This document shows, piece by piece, positions 1 to 9,428 of a stretch of DNA of 45,065 nt. This DNA is from Patescibacteria group bacterium (GTDB lineage: Bacteria > Patescibacteriota > Minisyncoccia > Phycocordibacterales > UBA5272). Within the stretch, counting starts at the first letter, position 1; each line of letters opens with the position of its first letter. The position numbers and the translations under genes are program-made. The stretch is taken from the NCBI GenBank assembly GCA_030916895.1, contig JAUPVR010000004.1, positions 1 through 45,065 on the forward strand, read 5' to 3'. Under the pieces are notes generated by a model, which did not search any database, was not told the origin of the DNA, and saw only the letters and a program-made list of their open reading frames with translations.

Positions 1-2
1 TC

Positions 3-254
3 GATAAGATAAGATCTTTTGGTCCTGATGTCGTTGCTGTTTCTGCTGGTTTTGATGCGTATAAAGACGATCCAATTTTGGGATTAAAATTTACAGAAGA
101 TGGATATACATATGCTGGTAAATTGATAAGAGATATCGGAGTAAAAACTTTTGCTATTTTGGAAGGGGGTTATCATAAAAAAATAGGAAGTTGTATCAGC
201 GCATTTGTTGATGGATTTAATAACCCCCAACAAGAAATAGGAGAATTTCATTAA
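3..254 (+). CDS. Histone deacetylase (HDAC/AcuC-like) family protein, 3' partial (starts before window)
   Basis: Manual translation of frame 3: DKIRSFGPDVVAVSAGFDAYKDDPILGLKF...FAILEGGYHKK...H*. It contains the HDAC-family SAGFDA..DP and LEGGY motifs. Not in the ORF track because the start is missing. Confidence 0.88.
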   Translation, partial: DKIRSFGPDVVAVSAGFDAYKDDPILGLKFTEDGYTYAGKLIRDIGVKTFAILEGGYHKKIGSCISAFVDGFNNPQQEIGEFH

Positions 255-282
255 TTGACAATTGATAATACTATGGTATAAT
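255..282 (+). promoter_or_regulatory. Consensus sigma70 promoter with extended -10
   Basis: TTGACA (255-260), 16-nt spacer ending in TG-G, then TATAAT (277-282). It directly follows the HDAC stop and implies the next gene starts at ATG 296. Confidence 0.75.
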
Positions 283-295
283 GATGTTGTATTAT

Positions 296-1471
296 ATGAA
301 TAGTATTATTAAGATAGTTAATAAGAATAATGCTTTACTTCCTGTCGACTTTAACTCTAAGGGGTGGAGAAAAAGATTAGCCAAAATCTTTAAAGAAGTG
401 GTTGATATTGAACCAGCCTATGATGATTTTAAAGCCGTTAAACAAATTTATGATGCAACTCAAAAAGATTTAAAAAACATAATCGGAACTAACGAATTAA
501 CAATTTTGATTGTGATCATCTCCATCCTTTGCAAAATCCACTTGTCTGATTCTTTTAGGTCTGATTCAAATAAAATTAGTGCAGTGATAAATTTTATAAA
601 AAAATTCATTACTGCAAAAAAAAGCACCGTTATAACTTTTTTGTGTTCGCATAGAGGTTACGGAATTGATAAACATAATGATGAATTGGTGGATAAAATA
701 CCGCAAGAGTATTTAGAAAATTTTGTAAATATAGTTATAGCTTTATGCGAAATTTTTCCACAAAAGCAAAAAACTTTTTCTGTCTATCAGCAATTTCCAA
801 ATAGACTGGTTTCACTTACGATGTTTCCATCAATGTTCAAAAAGTTTGCACAAGAAGGAGCTATAAATAAATTGTTCCAAAAAATTAATTCTCACATTGT
901 TCAATTATTAAGTTTTAAAGATAAATTTAGTGGAAAAAATATAAATTACAAAATAATTGATGTGTCTTCTCACAGTCAAGATGGACTAAATTATTTGGAG
1001 CAAAGATATGGCCCAAACTGGTATCTCAAAACAAATCTTGATGAAACTGATGAACTTGAGAACATTGCTCTAAATTTTACATTAAAATCTATGAAAAGAT
1101 TTTATTCAAATGAAGTGGATAAATTCCCCGATATTGTTAATGAGAATAATTATGATTCAGTTGCAAAGGAGGCCCTTGTGTTTGCGAGAAACTATTCAAA
1201 TATGTCATTGCCAGCCAAGGCTCTTGCTGAGACGGTTTTCTACTATGGATTAGGTATAAAGATTGTAGAAGATGATTTGTTTTATCTTGGTTTCGAAAGA
1301 GACCATCAGCTTTATCAAGAGTTGGCCATAGAAAAAGGTATAAACGATGGCCAAGTGTTTTTTAACAAAGACTGTAAGGGGGCCTTTCTGTACGCTAGAA
1401 GAACAAAAGATGCTAAAGTTGAAAATGGTATAGGAATAAAGGGTATTTCTTTTCGCCAATTTTGGCGTTAA
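296..1471 (+). CDS. Hypothetical protein (~391 aa), no recognised family
   Basis: Long ORF in AT-rich DNA, 5 nt from the next gene. ATG 296 is preferred because ATG 281 overlaps the -10 box. Confidence 0.75.
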   Translation: MNSIIKIVNKNNALLPVDFNSKGWRKRLAKIFKEVVDIEPAYDDFKAVKQIYDATQKDLKNIIGTNELTILIVIISILCKIHLSDSFRSDSNKISAVINFIKKFITAKKSTVITFLCSHRGYGIDKHNDELVDKIPQEYLENFVNIVIALCEIFPQKQKTFSVYQQFPNRLVSLTMFPSMFKKFAQEGAINKLFQKINSHIVQLLSFKDKFSGKNINYKIIDVSSHSQDGLNYLEQRYGPNWYLKTNLDETDELENIALNFTLKSMKRFYSNEVDKFPDIVNENNYDSVAKEALVFARNYSNMSLPAKALAETVFYYGLGIKIVEDDLFYLGFERDHQLYQELAIEKGINDGQVFFNKDCKGAFLYARRTKDAKVENGIGIKGISFRQFWR

Positions 1472-1476
1472 ATTAT

Positions 1477-3366
1477 ATGAAAAAAAGCAAGACAGATCAA
1501 TTAAAAAAACTTTCAGATTACCTCAGAGAACAAGTTTTACATGTGTGTATGACAGCGAATAATGGTCATATAGGAGGTTCGCTAGGTGCTGTTGAGCTTC
1601 TTACTGTATTATATTTTGGTGGTTTTTTAAAAATAGACTTAAATGATCCAAAGAATGTAGCTCGTGACATGGTTGCAATTAGAGGCCATGTTGGCCCACT
1701 TCGATATCCAATATTTAATTTATTGGGATATTTAGAGGATGATGAAATTAATAATTATAGAAAATTTGATTCAAGGCTTCAGGGTCATGAGGACTATCTA
1801 AAAACTCCAGGTGTAGACTTCTCACCATCAGGCTCCCTTGGGATGCTCTTGTCTTATGTTTGTGGTGCTGCGTTAGAAGGTAAAATCGCAAATAGGAAAA
1901 ATAATTTTTTTGTTTTTTTGGGTGATGGAGAAGAACAAGAAGGTAACATTTCTGAAGCTGCTCGTCACATCTCTCATTTGGGTTTAAACAATATTGTTAC
2001 AATAATGGATAAAAATGGAAAGCAATTATCTAATTCTACAGAAGTAACAGATTCAAAAAGCAATATTAAAAAAATTTGGGAAGGATATGGTTGGAAAGTT
2101 TTGGAAATTAAAAATGGGCACTCAGTAGAAGAAATTTATAAAGTTTATAAAAAAGCTTTGAGTATAAAAGATAGGCCGGTTTTTATTATTGCAAATACTA
2201 TAAAAGGAAACATGATGCCAGGATGCGAAGAAAGTTTTAGTGGATACCATACAGTATCAGTGTGCAAAGACGAAATAATGCTAGCAGCAAAAGAAAAATT
2301 TAGATCAAACATCGATAGTCAAACAGCAAAAACTATAGCAAAAAATAGTATTTCAAGCATCGATGATGCTTACAGAGCCGAAGGATTCAAATCTGTTAAT
2401 TTGTCAATAAGACCTGATGAAAAAACTTTAAATAATCCAGATGATTGTCAATCAGAATATTTCAAAAATCTTTCAAAAATATGGGACAAAGAAGATAGGT
2501 TGTATTTTTTATCTGCAGATACTACCCTGCATCCAGCAGTGGAATATATTCAGCTAAGAAAATTCAGTCATTATTTTAATACTGGTCTACGAGAACAACA
2601 TACTGCAGCCATGATTCATGGAATTAGCCTTTTTAATCCTAGTGCCAGAGCTATATTTAATACACTCGATGCTTTTTCATATCGCTGGATTGATCAATTA
2701 AATGCCTTATCTCAAGGTAATGGTAATGCTGTTATAATTGGTGACTGTTCAGGTTTAACAAACGCTAAAAATGGTAGTACACATCAAACTTCTAGTCAGC
2801 CACATGCAGTATCGAGTATCCCAGGAATTATATATTTAGAGCCGTGGGATAGTTTTGATATGTTTAATTGTCTAAATTGGGCAATTGGAAAATCAAGAGG
2901 TTTGGTATATATAAGATCAGGTAGATATAATGCAAGGTATTCTAATCCGAATTCCAATGTGATAGTGGACAAGCCTTATAACTATCCTTTAATTAAAAAT
3001 GAGAAACCTGAACTTGTAATTTTTGGTTCGGGAGTTGTTTTGAGTGAGGCGTTGGATGCTTGTGAGATTTTAAAAAAGGAAGGCAAAATAATTGACCTAA
3101 TTAATATTGTAAATCATTCTGAACTTGAGGATGTCGTAAAATATATAAATGCAAATACTCCGGTCCTTTTTCTTTACAACGGACAGGCAAATTTCATTAC
3201 TAAAAATATTTTACATACATTGGCAAAAACCCCAAATGTAACTCTACCTAAGATTTATGAAGTTGGCTTTGATCTTGGGCAGACAGGTGATTTAACGAGC
3301 CTACTAAAACATTACAAACTTGATAGTGAAAGTATCCTTGAGAAGTGTAAAGAAATTTTGAATTAA
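1477..3366 (+). CDS. Transketolase/DXS-like TPP enzyme, N- and C-terminal halves fused
   Basis: GHIGGSLG, LQGH, SGSLG, TPP-binding GDGE...EA...DKN, NTGLREQH and STHQ motifs, plus C-terminal transketolase domain. ATG at 1477. Confidence 0.85.
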   Translation: MKKSKTDQLKKLSDYLREQVLHVCMTANNGHIGGSLGAVELLTVLYFGGFLKIDLNDPKNVARDMVAIRGHVGPLRYPIFNLLGYLEDDEINNYRKFDSRLQGHEDYLKTPGVDFSPSGSLGMLLSYVCGAALEGKIANRKNNFFVFLGDGEEQEGNISEAARHISHLGLNNIVTIMDKNGKQLSNSTEVTDSKSNIKKIWEGYGWKVLEIKNGHSVEEIYKVYKKALSIKDRPVFIIANTIKGNMMPGCEESFSGYHTVSVCKDEIMLAAKEKFRSNIDSQTAKTIAKNSISSIDDAYRAEGFKSVNLSIRPDEKTLNNPDDCQSEYFKNLSKIWDKEDRLYFLSADTTLHPAVEYIQLRKFSHYFNTGLREQHTAAMIHGISLFNPSARAIFNTLDAFSYRWIDQLNALSQGNGNAVIIGDCSGLTNAKNGSTHQTSSQPHAVSSIPGIIYLEPWDSFDMFNCLNWAIGKSRGLVYIRSGRYNARYSNPNSNVIVDKPYNYPLIKNEKPELVIFGSGVVLSEALDACEILKKEGKIIDLINIVNHSELEDVVKYINANTPVLFLYNGQANFITKNILHTLAKTPNVTLPKIYEVGFDLGQTGDLTSLLKHYKLDSESILEKCKEILN

Positions 3367-3376
3367 TTTTCTTTTT

Positions 3377-4201
3377 ATGATAGTTATAAATAAGTCTGAT
3401 GGTGTAGTAGAAAAAAAAATAAACATTGATGATGGAAAGACGACGCTCAGGCATGGTTTCCAGAGATTTCTGAATATTAAAAAAATTACACAACCCATAG
3501 TTTCAGTAGTACATTTAAAAAATTCAACTATTTTATCTATTGATAATAATCAGAATTCTTTTTTAGTTAAATTGAAATATGTTGAAGGATGTCTTGTTTC
3601 AAAATGCGACTTAGATCCAGAAGTGTTCTACTTTGAATTAAGTAAAATCCATACTTGTTGGCATAATAGACTCGGCGAAGACTTTCTTGAAAATTTGGAT
3701 TGGAATTATTTTTCAAAAAAATACTGGATTTATATCAATGAAAATGAACCCGATCACCCATCTATAGGTTTTTTTAAAAAATATGAAGAATATATTAAGT
3801 TACATTTTAAACCAGCAATATGCCATAATGATATCCATTTTGGAAATTTAATTAAAATGGATGGATCAGGATATTGCTTATTAGATTTAGATGAGATTTC
3901 CATATCCGATTTTCGTAATGATATAGGCGTATCTTGTGCTAATATATTTTTCGACAAATACAAAACACCAACAGAATTAATTGATTTTTTAAAAAAATCT
4001 TTGAGTTCATATTTGTTGACCAGTAATATCTTAATTGTGGATGTACAAATTTGTTTAATTTACGGCTTGAGAAAATTATACAATGCTGAATTTTTTTATA
4101 AATTGACAGACAAGACATCAACATCATTGCAAGACATATTAGATCAACAAGAAATTTATTTATCCGCTATTCAGGAAATAGAAAAACGTTTATTGAAGTA
4201 G
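3377..4201 (+). CDS. APH/choline-kinase-like phosphotransferase
   Basis: Brenner-type motif ICHNDIHFGNLI and metal-binding LLDLDE. 10 nt downstream of the transketolase. Confidence 0.8.
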   Translation: MIVINKSDGVVEKKINIDDGKTTLRHGFQRFLNIKKITQPIVSVVHLKNSTILSIDNNQNSFLVKLKYVEGCLVSKCDLDPEVFYFELSKIHTCWHNRLGEDFLENLDWNYFSKKYWIYINENEPDHPSIGFFKKYEEYIKLHFKPAICHNDIHFGNLIKMDGSGYCLLDLDEISISDFRNDIGVSCANIFFDKYKTPTELIDFLKKSLSSYLLTSNILIVDVQICLIYGLRKLYNAEFFYKLTDKTSTSLQDILDQQEIYLSAIQEIEKRLLK

Positions 4202-4305
4202 TTTGTATCACTCGACGAGCTACCAAAATATATAAGGAGTGTTCAGCGTCACAACTTAACATCAAGGTTTGAGTCCGCAAGACCAACACCGTCGAAACAG
4301 CACCC

Positions 4306-4332
4306 CTGCCATTTCGGCGGTTTTTGTTTTTT
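4306..4332 (+). terminator. Putative intrinsic terminator closing the AT-rich island
   Basis: CTGCC-atttc-GGCGG hairpin (one G-U pair) followed by TTTTTGTTTTTT. Confidence 0.5.
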
Positions 4333-4373
4333 ACCCACACCCAGCGACCGGGATCTTGCTATATACTGAGTGT

Positions 4374-5093
4374 ATGCTCAAAGTACAAAAAATTACAAAA
4401 CTTTTCGGAAAGAAAAAAGCAGTAAATGGTGTAAGTTTCGAAATTAATAAAGGAGAAATTTTCTCACTCATCGGCCCAAATTCATCTGGTAAGACAACAA
4501 TTGTTAAAACAATTACAGGCCTTTTACGTCCAACGTCAGGCTCTGTTGAAATAGGTGGTATTGATGTTGCAAAGTTTCCAGAAAAAACTAAAGCACAAGT
4601 TGGCTATATTCCTGATGAACCAACTGTTTGGTCATATATGACAGGAGAAGAATTTTTGTACTTCACACAAGCCCTTTTTGGTGTTCCGGAAAGTAAAAGA
4701 AAGGCAAACATCCCAAAACTTCTCAAAATTTTTAAACTTCAAGGATCAGAAAAGGATTACTTTGAAGATTATTCACGTGGAAACAGACAAAAGTTCAGTA
4801 TTGTGGCGGCGATGTCTCATGACCCAAAACTTTTACTCATTGATGAACCAATTGTAGGTCTTGACCCGACCGGTGCAGAAATTGCAAAAAATATTTTTCT
4901 TGAATATGCAAAAAAAGGTGGGTCAATACTACTCGTAACACACACACTTTCTGTTGCACAGGAAATTTCCAACCGTATCGGTATTTTGAAAGATGGTAAA
5001 CTTCGAGCTGTCGGCACACTTGCGGAATTGAGACGAAAAGCTGGGCTTGCCGAGAGTGCTTCTCTTGAGGAGGTGTACATGAAACTTGCTTAA
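4374..5093 (+). CDS. ABC transporter ATP-binding protein (ABC-2 exporter type)
   Basis: Walker A GPNSSGKTT, signature-like YSRGNRQK, Walker B LLLIDEP, H-loop VTH. ATG 4374 lies 6 nt after TATACT. Confidence 0.92.
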   Translation: MLKVQKITKLFGKKKAVNGVSFEINKGEIFSLIGPNSSGKTTIVKTITGLLRPTSGSVEIGGIDVAKFPEKTKAQVGYIPDEPTVWSYMTGEEFLYFTQALFGVPESKRKANIPKLLKIFKLQGSEKDYFEDYSRGNRQKFSIVAAMSHDPKLLLIDEPIVGLDPTGAEIAKNIFLEYAKKGGSILLVTHTLSVAQEISNRIGILKDGKLRAVGTLAELRRKAGLAESASLEEVYMKLA

Positions 5094-5099
5094 CAAACC

Positions 5100-6770
5100 A
5101 TGCTCAGACTTTTCTTACAATTTGAATTAGGTAAGGTTAAAAAATACTTTAAGACAAAAACGACCGCTAAGGTTATTACCGCAGTTTTATTTTTGGTAGT
5201 TTTTGTATTTTTGGGTATGGGCATCTATGGTTTTTTTGCTTCTGGTTTTAGATATATCTATTTTGGCATTGAAGAAGAATTTAAAATACCACTATTTCTT
5301 TTTATCTACGAAACTTTTCTACTTATCTTGGCGGGTGTTATTGTTGTAAGTTCCATGGTTTCTGGAGTTTTCAACCTTTTTCGTGGACAAAATGACGCAT
5401 GGTTTATTGGTACACCTGGGTATAAAATTTTTCCGAAATTAATTTTTGTAAAAAGCCTCTTTGTGTCGATTTGGCCACTCATTATAATCTTCTTGCCGGT
5501 GGTGCTTGCATTTAATAAGATGTACCAATTAGGTTTTGGTAGTTTTCTCCTCATTATTTTTTCTGTCATACTGTTACTTGTACTTACAAATGCAATTACC
5601 CTTTCTTTAATTGTATTTATTGGGTATTTGTACTTCCTTGTTTCGAAAATTATCACACCCGTAGCTTTTCATTTCAAAGGATTTGTTGCCATTCTCCTTG
5701 TTACTGTTATTGTAAATTTAGTATACGTGTGGAAGGTTGTTTCTCAGCTTGACCTGGTGAGAATCTTTAAGGCAGATAATGCTGATGCAATAATTACAAC
5801 CGCAAATATAGGATCTTATTTTGAAGCATTTCCTACCCATTCTCTTGCGATGGAAATTCTAAGTTTACAGAGAGGAAATTTTAATGAAGCACTTACACAT
5901 GCCGGAAATCTAACCTTAATTGCACTTGTTGCTATTATTGCTTGGTGGCTTGTTTCCTACCTCTTTTATCCTCTTTGGCAGGTATTTCAGGAGGGAAATA
6001 ACAAAGAAACAGAAAAAAAGAATACACGATCAGGTAAGGTTTATCAATTTCAGGGGAGCCAACTAACGGCCCTCTTTAAGAAGGAATCACTTATTGCGAG
6101 TAGAAATTGGAAAAATGTTTTATGGTTTTCTTTTTTGGCATGTATCTGGCTTGTTCAGATAGGAGTAAGTGTCATCATGGAACATAATATTCGTCGCCAT
6201 GAAACTGATATTAGTGCAACGCTTGCCATACTTCAGACAATACAGTTTGTGATTGCAGCATATTTTATTTGCGCATTCACGTTACGGTTTGTTTTCCCCT
6301 CATTTTCAATCGAGAAAAAAACTTCATGGATTTTGGGTACAGCGCCTGTAAGTATGACAAGACTATTTTTTGGTAAATATTTTTTCTATACCTCCTTCTT
6401 TGTTCTCCTTGGACTCGTAATGAACTATATCAATGTTAATGTTTTAAATGTTTCTATCACACAAGCTCTCTACTCAACCACTCTTCTTGTTGTGACAATT
6501 GTTTTTGTCGTAACATTCGGTATGATTTTAGGAGCACTTTTCCCAAACAAAGAATCCGATGATCCAGGCGTTATATCAACAAGCATGTCCGGTCTTTTTT
6601 TCACAGCGTCATCACTTCTGTATGGAGGACTGGGTGCGTGGACACTTTATCAAGCGCTCACTAAAGGAGAACTGGTTTTTATTGAAGCCTTTGTTCTCTT
6701 TTCTTTGCTTTTAGTTGCCGTAATGCTTTCTCGAGTTTCTTATGTTATGAGACGAAGTATTTTTGATTAA
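5100..6770 (+). CDS. Putative ABC exporter permease (multi-TM)
   Basis: About 12-14 hydrophobic segments. Directly follows the ATPase. FPSFSIEKK-type motif seen in ABC-2 permeases. Confidence 0.8.
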   Translation: MLRLFLQFELGKVKKYFKTKTTAKVITAVLFLVVFVFLGMGIYGFFASGFRYIYFGIEEEFKIPLFLFIYETFLLILAGVIVVSSMVSGVFNLFRGQNDAWFIGTPGYKIFPKLIFVKSLFVSIWPLIIIFLPVVLAFNKMYQLGFGSFLLIIFSVILLLVLTNAITLSLIVFIGYLYFLVSKIITPVAFHFKGFVAILLVTVIVNLVYVWKVVSQLDLVRIFKADNADAIITTANIGSYFEAFPTHSLAMEILSLQRGNFNEALTHAGNLTLIALVAIIAWWLVSYLFYPLWQVFQEGNNKETEKKNTRSGKVYQFQGSQLTALFKKESLIASRNWKNVLWFSFLACIWLVQIGVSVIMEHNIRRHETDISATLAILQTIQFVIAAYFICAFTLRFVFPSFSIEKKTSWILGTAPVSMTRLFFGKYFFYTSFFVLLGLVMNYINVNVLNVSITQALYSTTLLVVTIVFVVTFGMILGALFPNKESDDPGVISTSMSGLFFTASSLLYGGLGAWTLYQALTKGELVFIEAFVLFSLLLVAVMLSRVSYVMRRSIFD

Positions 6771-6823
6771 TGATTTAACAACACTTCAAATAGTTTGGTG
6801 GAAACCTTTTTTACGTCTTACAT

Positions 6824-8086
6824 TTACACATTACTCCCTGCAACGTATCCAGTTGTCCAGCAAAGTTGCAAACTATATCCACCGGAGGGTCTATCAATAT
6901 CTAATACATCACCAATGAGAAAGAGGTTTGGCACAAGGCGTGACTGCATTGTCTTGAAATCAACTTCTGTAAGCGTAACGCCACCAGAAGAAACAATTGC
7001 CTTATCTTTCCCAAGTAAGCCTTTGACGGATAGTTTGATATCTTTAATATTTTTAATTAACTTCACACGGTCCTCGCTACTTACACTATGACAAGAAGTT
7101 TCTCCATCAATATCTGCAAGTTTTAGTACAATGGACACAAGCGGAGAGGGGATAAATTGACCAAGAACATTCTTTAACTTCTTATTGCTTTCTTCTACAA
7201 GAATTGACTGCATTCGTTGCTTTAGGGTTCCTGTATCAACAGATGGAAACATGTCGAGCGAAATGGTAACTTCTCCATACTTAAGCAGTTCACCCACATC
7301 TTTACTCATATTTAAAACCGTTGGTCCACTGATGCCGGTGTGTGTAAACAAGAGTTTACCCTTGTAGCTTTCTTGCTTTTGGTTATTTTGAAAAGTAGTG
7401 AGTTTGATTTCGGGGAGTGTAAGTCCACTTATTTTTTTTACCCACACATCAGAAAGTGTGATAGGGACAAGCGCACCAGTATCTTCTTTCACGGCATGTC
7501 CTAATTTTTTAAGCCAAACAAACCCTTCTCCTGTTGAACCAGTTTCTGGACGAGAAAGTCCTCCTGTTGCAAGGATGCATGATTTTGTATAAATATCATT
7601 TCCACTCTTGGTTTTGATAATAAGTCCACCATCTTCTTTGTCCATGGTAATTCCGCTTACGGTGCTACTTTTTTGTATAGTGACCTTTCCTTCTTGCATG
7701 TATTTGTAGAGTACATCAAATACGGTTTGTGCAGAGTCAGAGACAGGGAAGATGCGTCCCTCGTTCTCTTCTTTGGTTGCCATTCCTCGTTTATTAAAAA
7801 ATTCAAGAGTGTCTGTTACGTCGAACTGTGAAAATGCAGAAAAGAGGAATTTATCATTTCCTTTGTACTTTGCAAGCATTTCGCGAGTATTTGTTTTGTT
7901 GTTGGTTACGTTACAACGACCACCACCAGTGATGAGCAATTTTTTACCCAAAACAGTGTTCTTTTCAAGGAGAAGTACCTTCTTACCACGCTCTCCTGCA
8001 CGGCCTGCTGCCACCATACCCGCAGGACCACCACCGACAACAACAACATCCCACACTGTGTGTGTTTCTTTTTTCAATAAAGCCAT
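6824..8086 (-). CDS. HI0933/YhiN (BaiN-like) NAD(P)/FAD-dependent oxidoreductase
   Basis: GGGPAG FAD motif, GKKLLITGGGRCNVTN, ATGGLSRPETGSTGEG, LFTHTGISGP and GGYSLQ are all family hallmarks. Confidence 0.93.
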   Translation of the reverse strand: MALLKKETHTVWDVVVVGGGPAGMVAAGRAGERGKKVLLLEKNTVLGKKLLITGGGRCNVTNNKTNTREMLAKYKGNDKFLFSAFSQFDVTDTLEFFNKRGMATKEENEGRIFPVSDSAQTVFDVLYKYMQEGKVTIQKSSTVSGITMDKEDGGLIIKTKSGNDIYTKSCILATGGLSRPETGSTGEGFVWLKKLGHAVKEDTGALVPITLSDVWVKKISGLTLPEIKLTTFQNNQKQESYKGKLLFTHTGISGPTVLNMSKDVGELLKYGEVTISLDMFPSVDTGTLKQRMQSILVEESNKKLKNVLGQFIPSPLVSIVLKLADIDGETSCHSVSSEDRVKLIKNIKDIKLSVKGLLGKDKAIVSSGGVTLTEVDFKTMQSRLVPNLFLIGDVLDIDRPSGGYSLQLCWTTGYVAGSNV

Positions 8087-8199
8087 TATAGCACAATTTT
8101 GAAAATATTGACAGAGATATTTTTATATTGTTTTGTGAACAATTTTGACTAAGTATTTTAAAGAGGGTAGAGTACGTACTGAATCTTTTTCATTAAATT

Positions 8200-8622
8200 A
8201 TGGAAAGGGAAAAAATGATTATTGAACAGTTCTTAGATCTAAAAAAAGGTCATCGTCTTAGGAAACGAAACGGGGACGGATCAATCTATACCATTCTCGA
8301 GAAGTTCGGTCACGCACTTCTTGTTGTCCATGTGGCGATGGTTATTGACCCACATGAGTGGGAATACGAGAACGGTAGACGGGTTGAGCGTTTGAGTGAT
8401 CTTCGTCTTGGTGTCCTCATAAGGAAAAGGACCACAGGGGCTGAACTCTCCATCGTAACAAAACTTGTTACGGAACCAGGTAGGGAATATGCTCAGGCGA
8501 CAATTACAGACACGGTGTCATTGTCAGAGGCTAATGGTTGGATGCATGTCGTTTCTGTTGTTGTGCATCCACACTCAATTACCGACCTTGTTGGGGCAGC
8601 GCTTCATTTTAGGCGCCCATAA
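8200..8622 (+). CDS. Hypothetical protein with internal duplication
   Basis: 140-aa ORF preceded by TTGACT-17nt-TAGAGT. Two similar segments, DLKKGHRLRKR and DLRLGVLIRKR. Confidence 0.6.
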   Translation: MEREKMIIEQFLDLKKGHRLRKRNGDGSIYTILEKFGHALLVVHVAMVIDPHEWEYENGRRVERLSDLRLGVLIRKRTTGAELSIVTKLVTEPGREYAQATITDTVSLSEANGWMHVVSVVVHPHSITDLVGAALHFRRP

Positions 8623-8644
8623 TTAACGCGGAGGAAGGTAGACA

Positions 8645-8839
8645 ATGTTGCCACTCATTATTTTAGAGGTTGGTCCGTTTTTTGCCTATGGTTTCATCGT
8701 TGCCGTACTGTTTGTTCTCTTTGTTGCACTTCCCACCTCTCTTTATGTGTGGGTAAGGGGGAGACGTAAAGATGCTCCCATTCCTCGAGTAAACAAGGTA
8801 CGTAGGAATGATCCGTGGAAGAAACACGGTGATACATAA
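8645..8839 (+). CDS. Small membrane protein (1 TM, basic tail)
   Basis: GGAGG SD at 8630-8634, hydrophobic N-half, followed by a terminator-like hairpin. Confidence 0.55.
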   Translation: MLPLIILEVGPFFAYGFIVAVLFVLFVALPTSLYVWVRGRRKDAPIPRVNKVRRNDPWKKHGDT

Positions 8840-8856
8840 ATTCTGATAACCGCTGA

Positions 8857-8892
8857 AACAGTAACCGCGCTGTTCCAGCGGTTTCTGTTTTT
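8857..8892 (+). terminator. Putative intrinsic terminator
   Basis: AACCGC...GCGGTT stem extended by AACAG/CTGTT, followed by a T-run. Confidence 0.5.
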
Positions 8893-8994
8893 ATAAGAGT
8901 TATTATTTTAAAATGAGGGAAATCAAAAAAACAATTAAAACTATGAATTTAAAAATAAAAAAATTATGATTAGTTTTGCTATACTTAAAACTGT

Positions 8995-9372
8995 ATGAAC
9001 AACACAACATATATCAAGTTTTCGGTCTATGCGACACTTGCAGGAGTTTTGTTTTCTGGGTACCTAAGCGCGACTAAGCTTTTCTCAGAAATTTGCGCTT
9101 TTAATGAAAGTTGTGCGTATTTTATGGGATATCCAGCGTGCTATATTGGTTTTGCGATTTTCCTCATGATGTTTATTGTTTCAGTCGCGGGAGCTCTTGG
9201 CCTTGTTTCAGCAAAAAATCTCTCGGGGTCACTTAGCGGGCTATCATCTGTTGGGGTTTTGTTTTCTGGGTACATAGTTTTTCAAGAGAACTTTGCTTTT
9301 ACAACTTGTACACTCGGATTTCTTTTTTACGTCTTGATTTTCTTTGTGAGTGCAAGAAAACTTACTTCATAG
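8995..9372 (+). CDS. VKOR/DsbB-like small membrane protein
   Basis: Four TM segments, loop Cys pair ICAFNESC followed by FMGYPACYIG, and a later Cys in TTC. The canonical CxxC is incomplete. Confidence 0.5.
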   Translation: MNNTTYIKFSVYATLAGVLFSGYLSATKLFSEICAFNESCAYFMGYPACYIGFAIFLMMFIVSVAGALGLVSAKNLSGSLSGLSSVGVLFSGYIVFQENFAFTTCTLGFLFYVLIFFVSARKLTS

Positions 9373-9381
9373 GTGTGTCAG

Positions 9382-9421
9382 AAAATAAAAACTGCCTGTA
9401 CTATAAGGCAGTTTTTATTTT
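9382..9421. terminator. Bidirectional terminator between convergent genes
   Basis: AAAATAAAAACTGCCT...AGGCAGTTTTTATTTT inverted repeat. Confidence 0.75.
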
Positions 9422-9428
9422 ATAGAAT

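Noticed and set aside
4255-4295. Intact tRNA gene
   Set aside because: Only a T-loop-like 11-mer. No acceptor, D or anticodon stems can be built.
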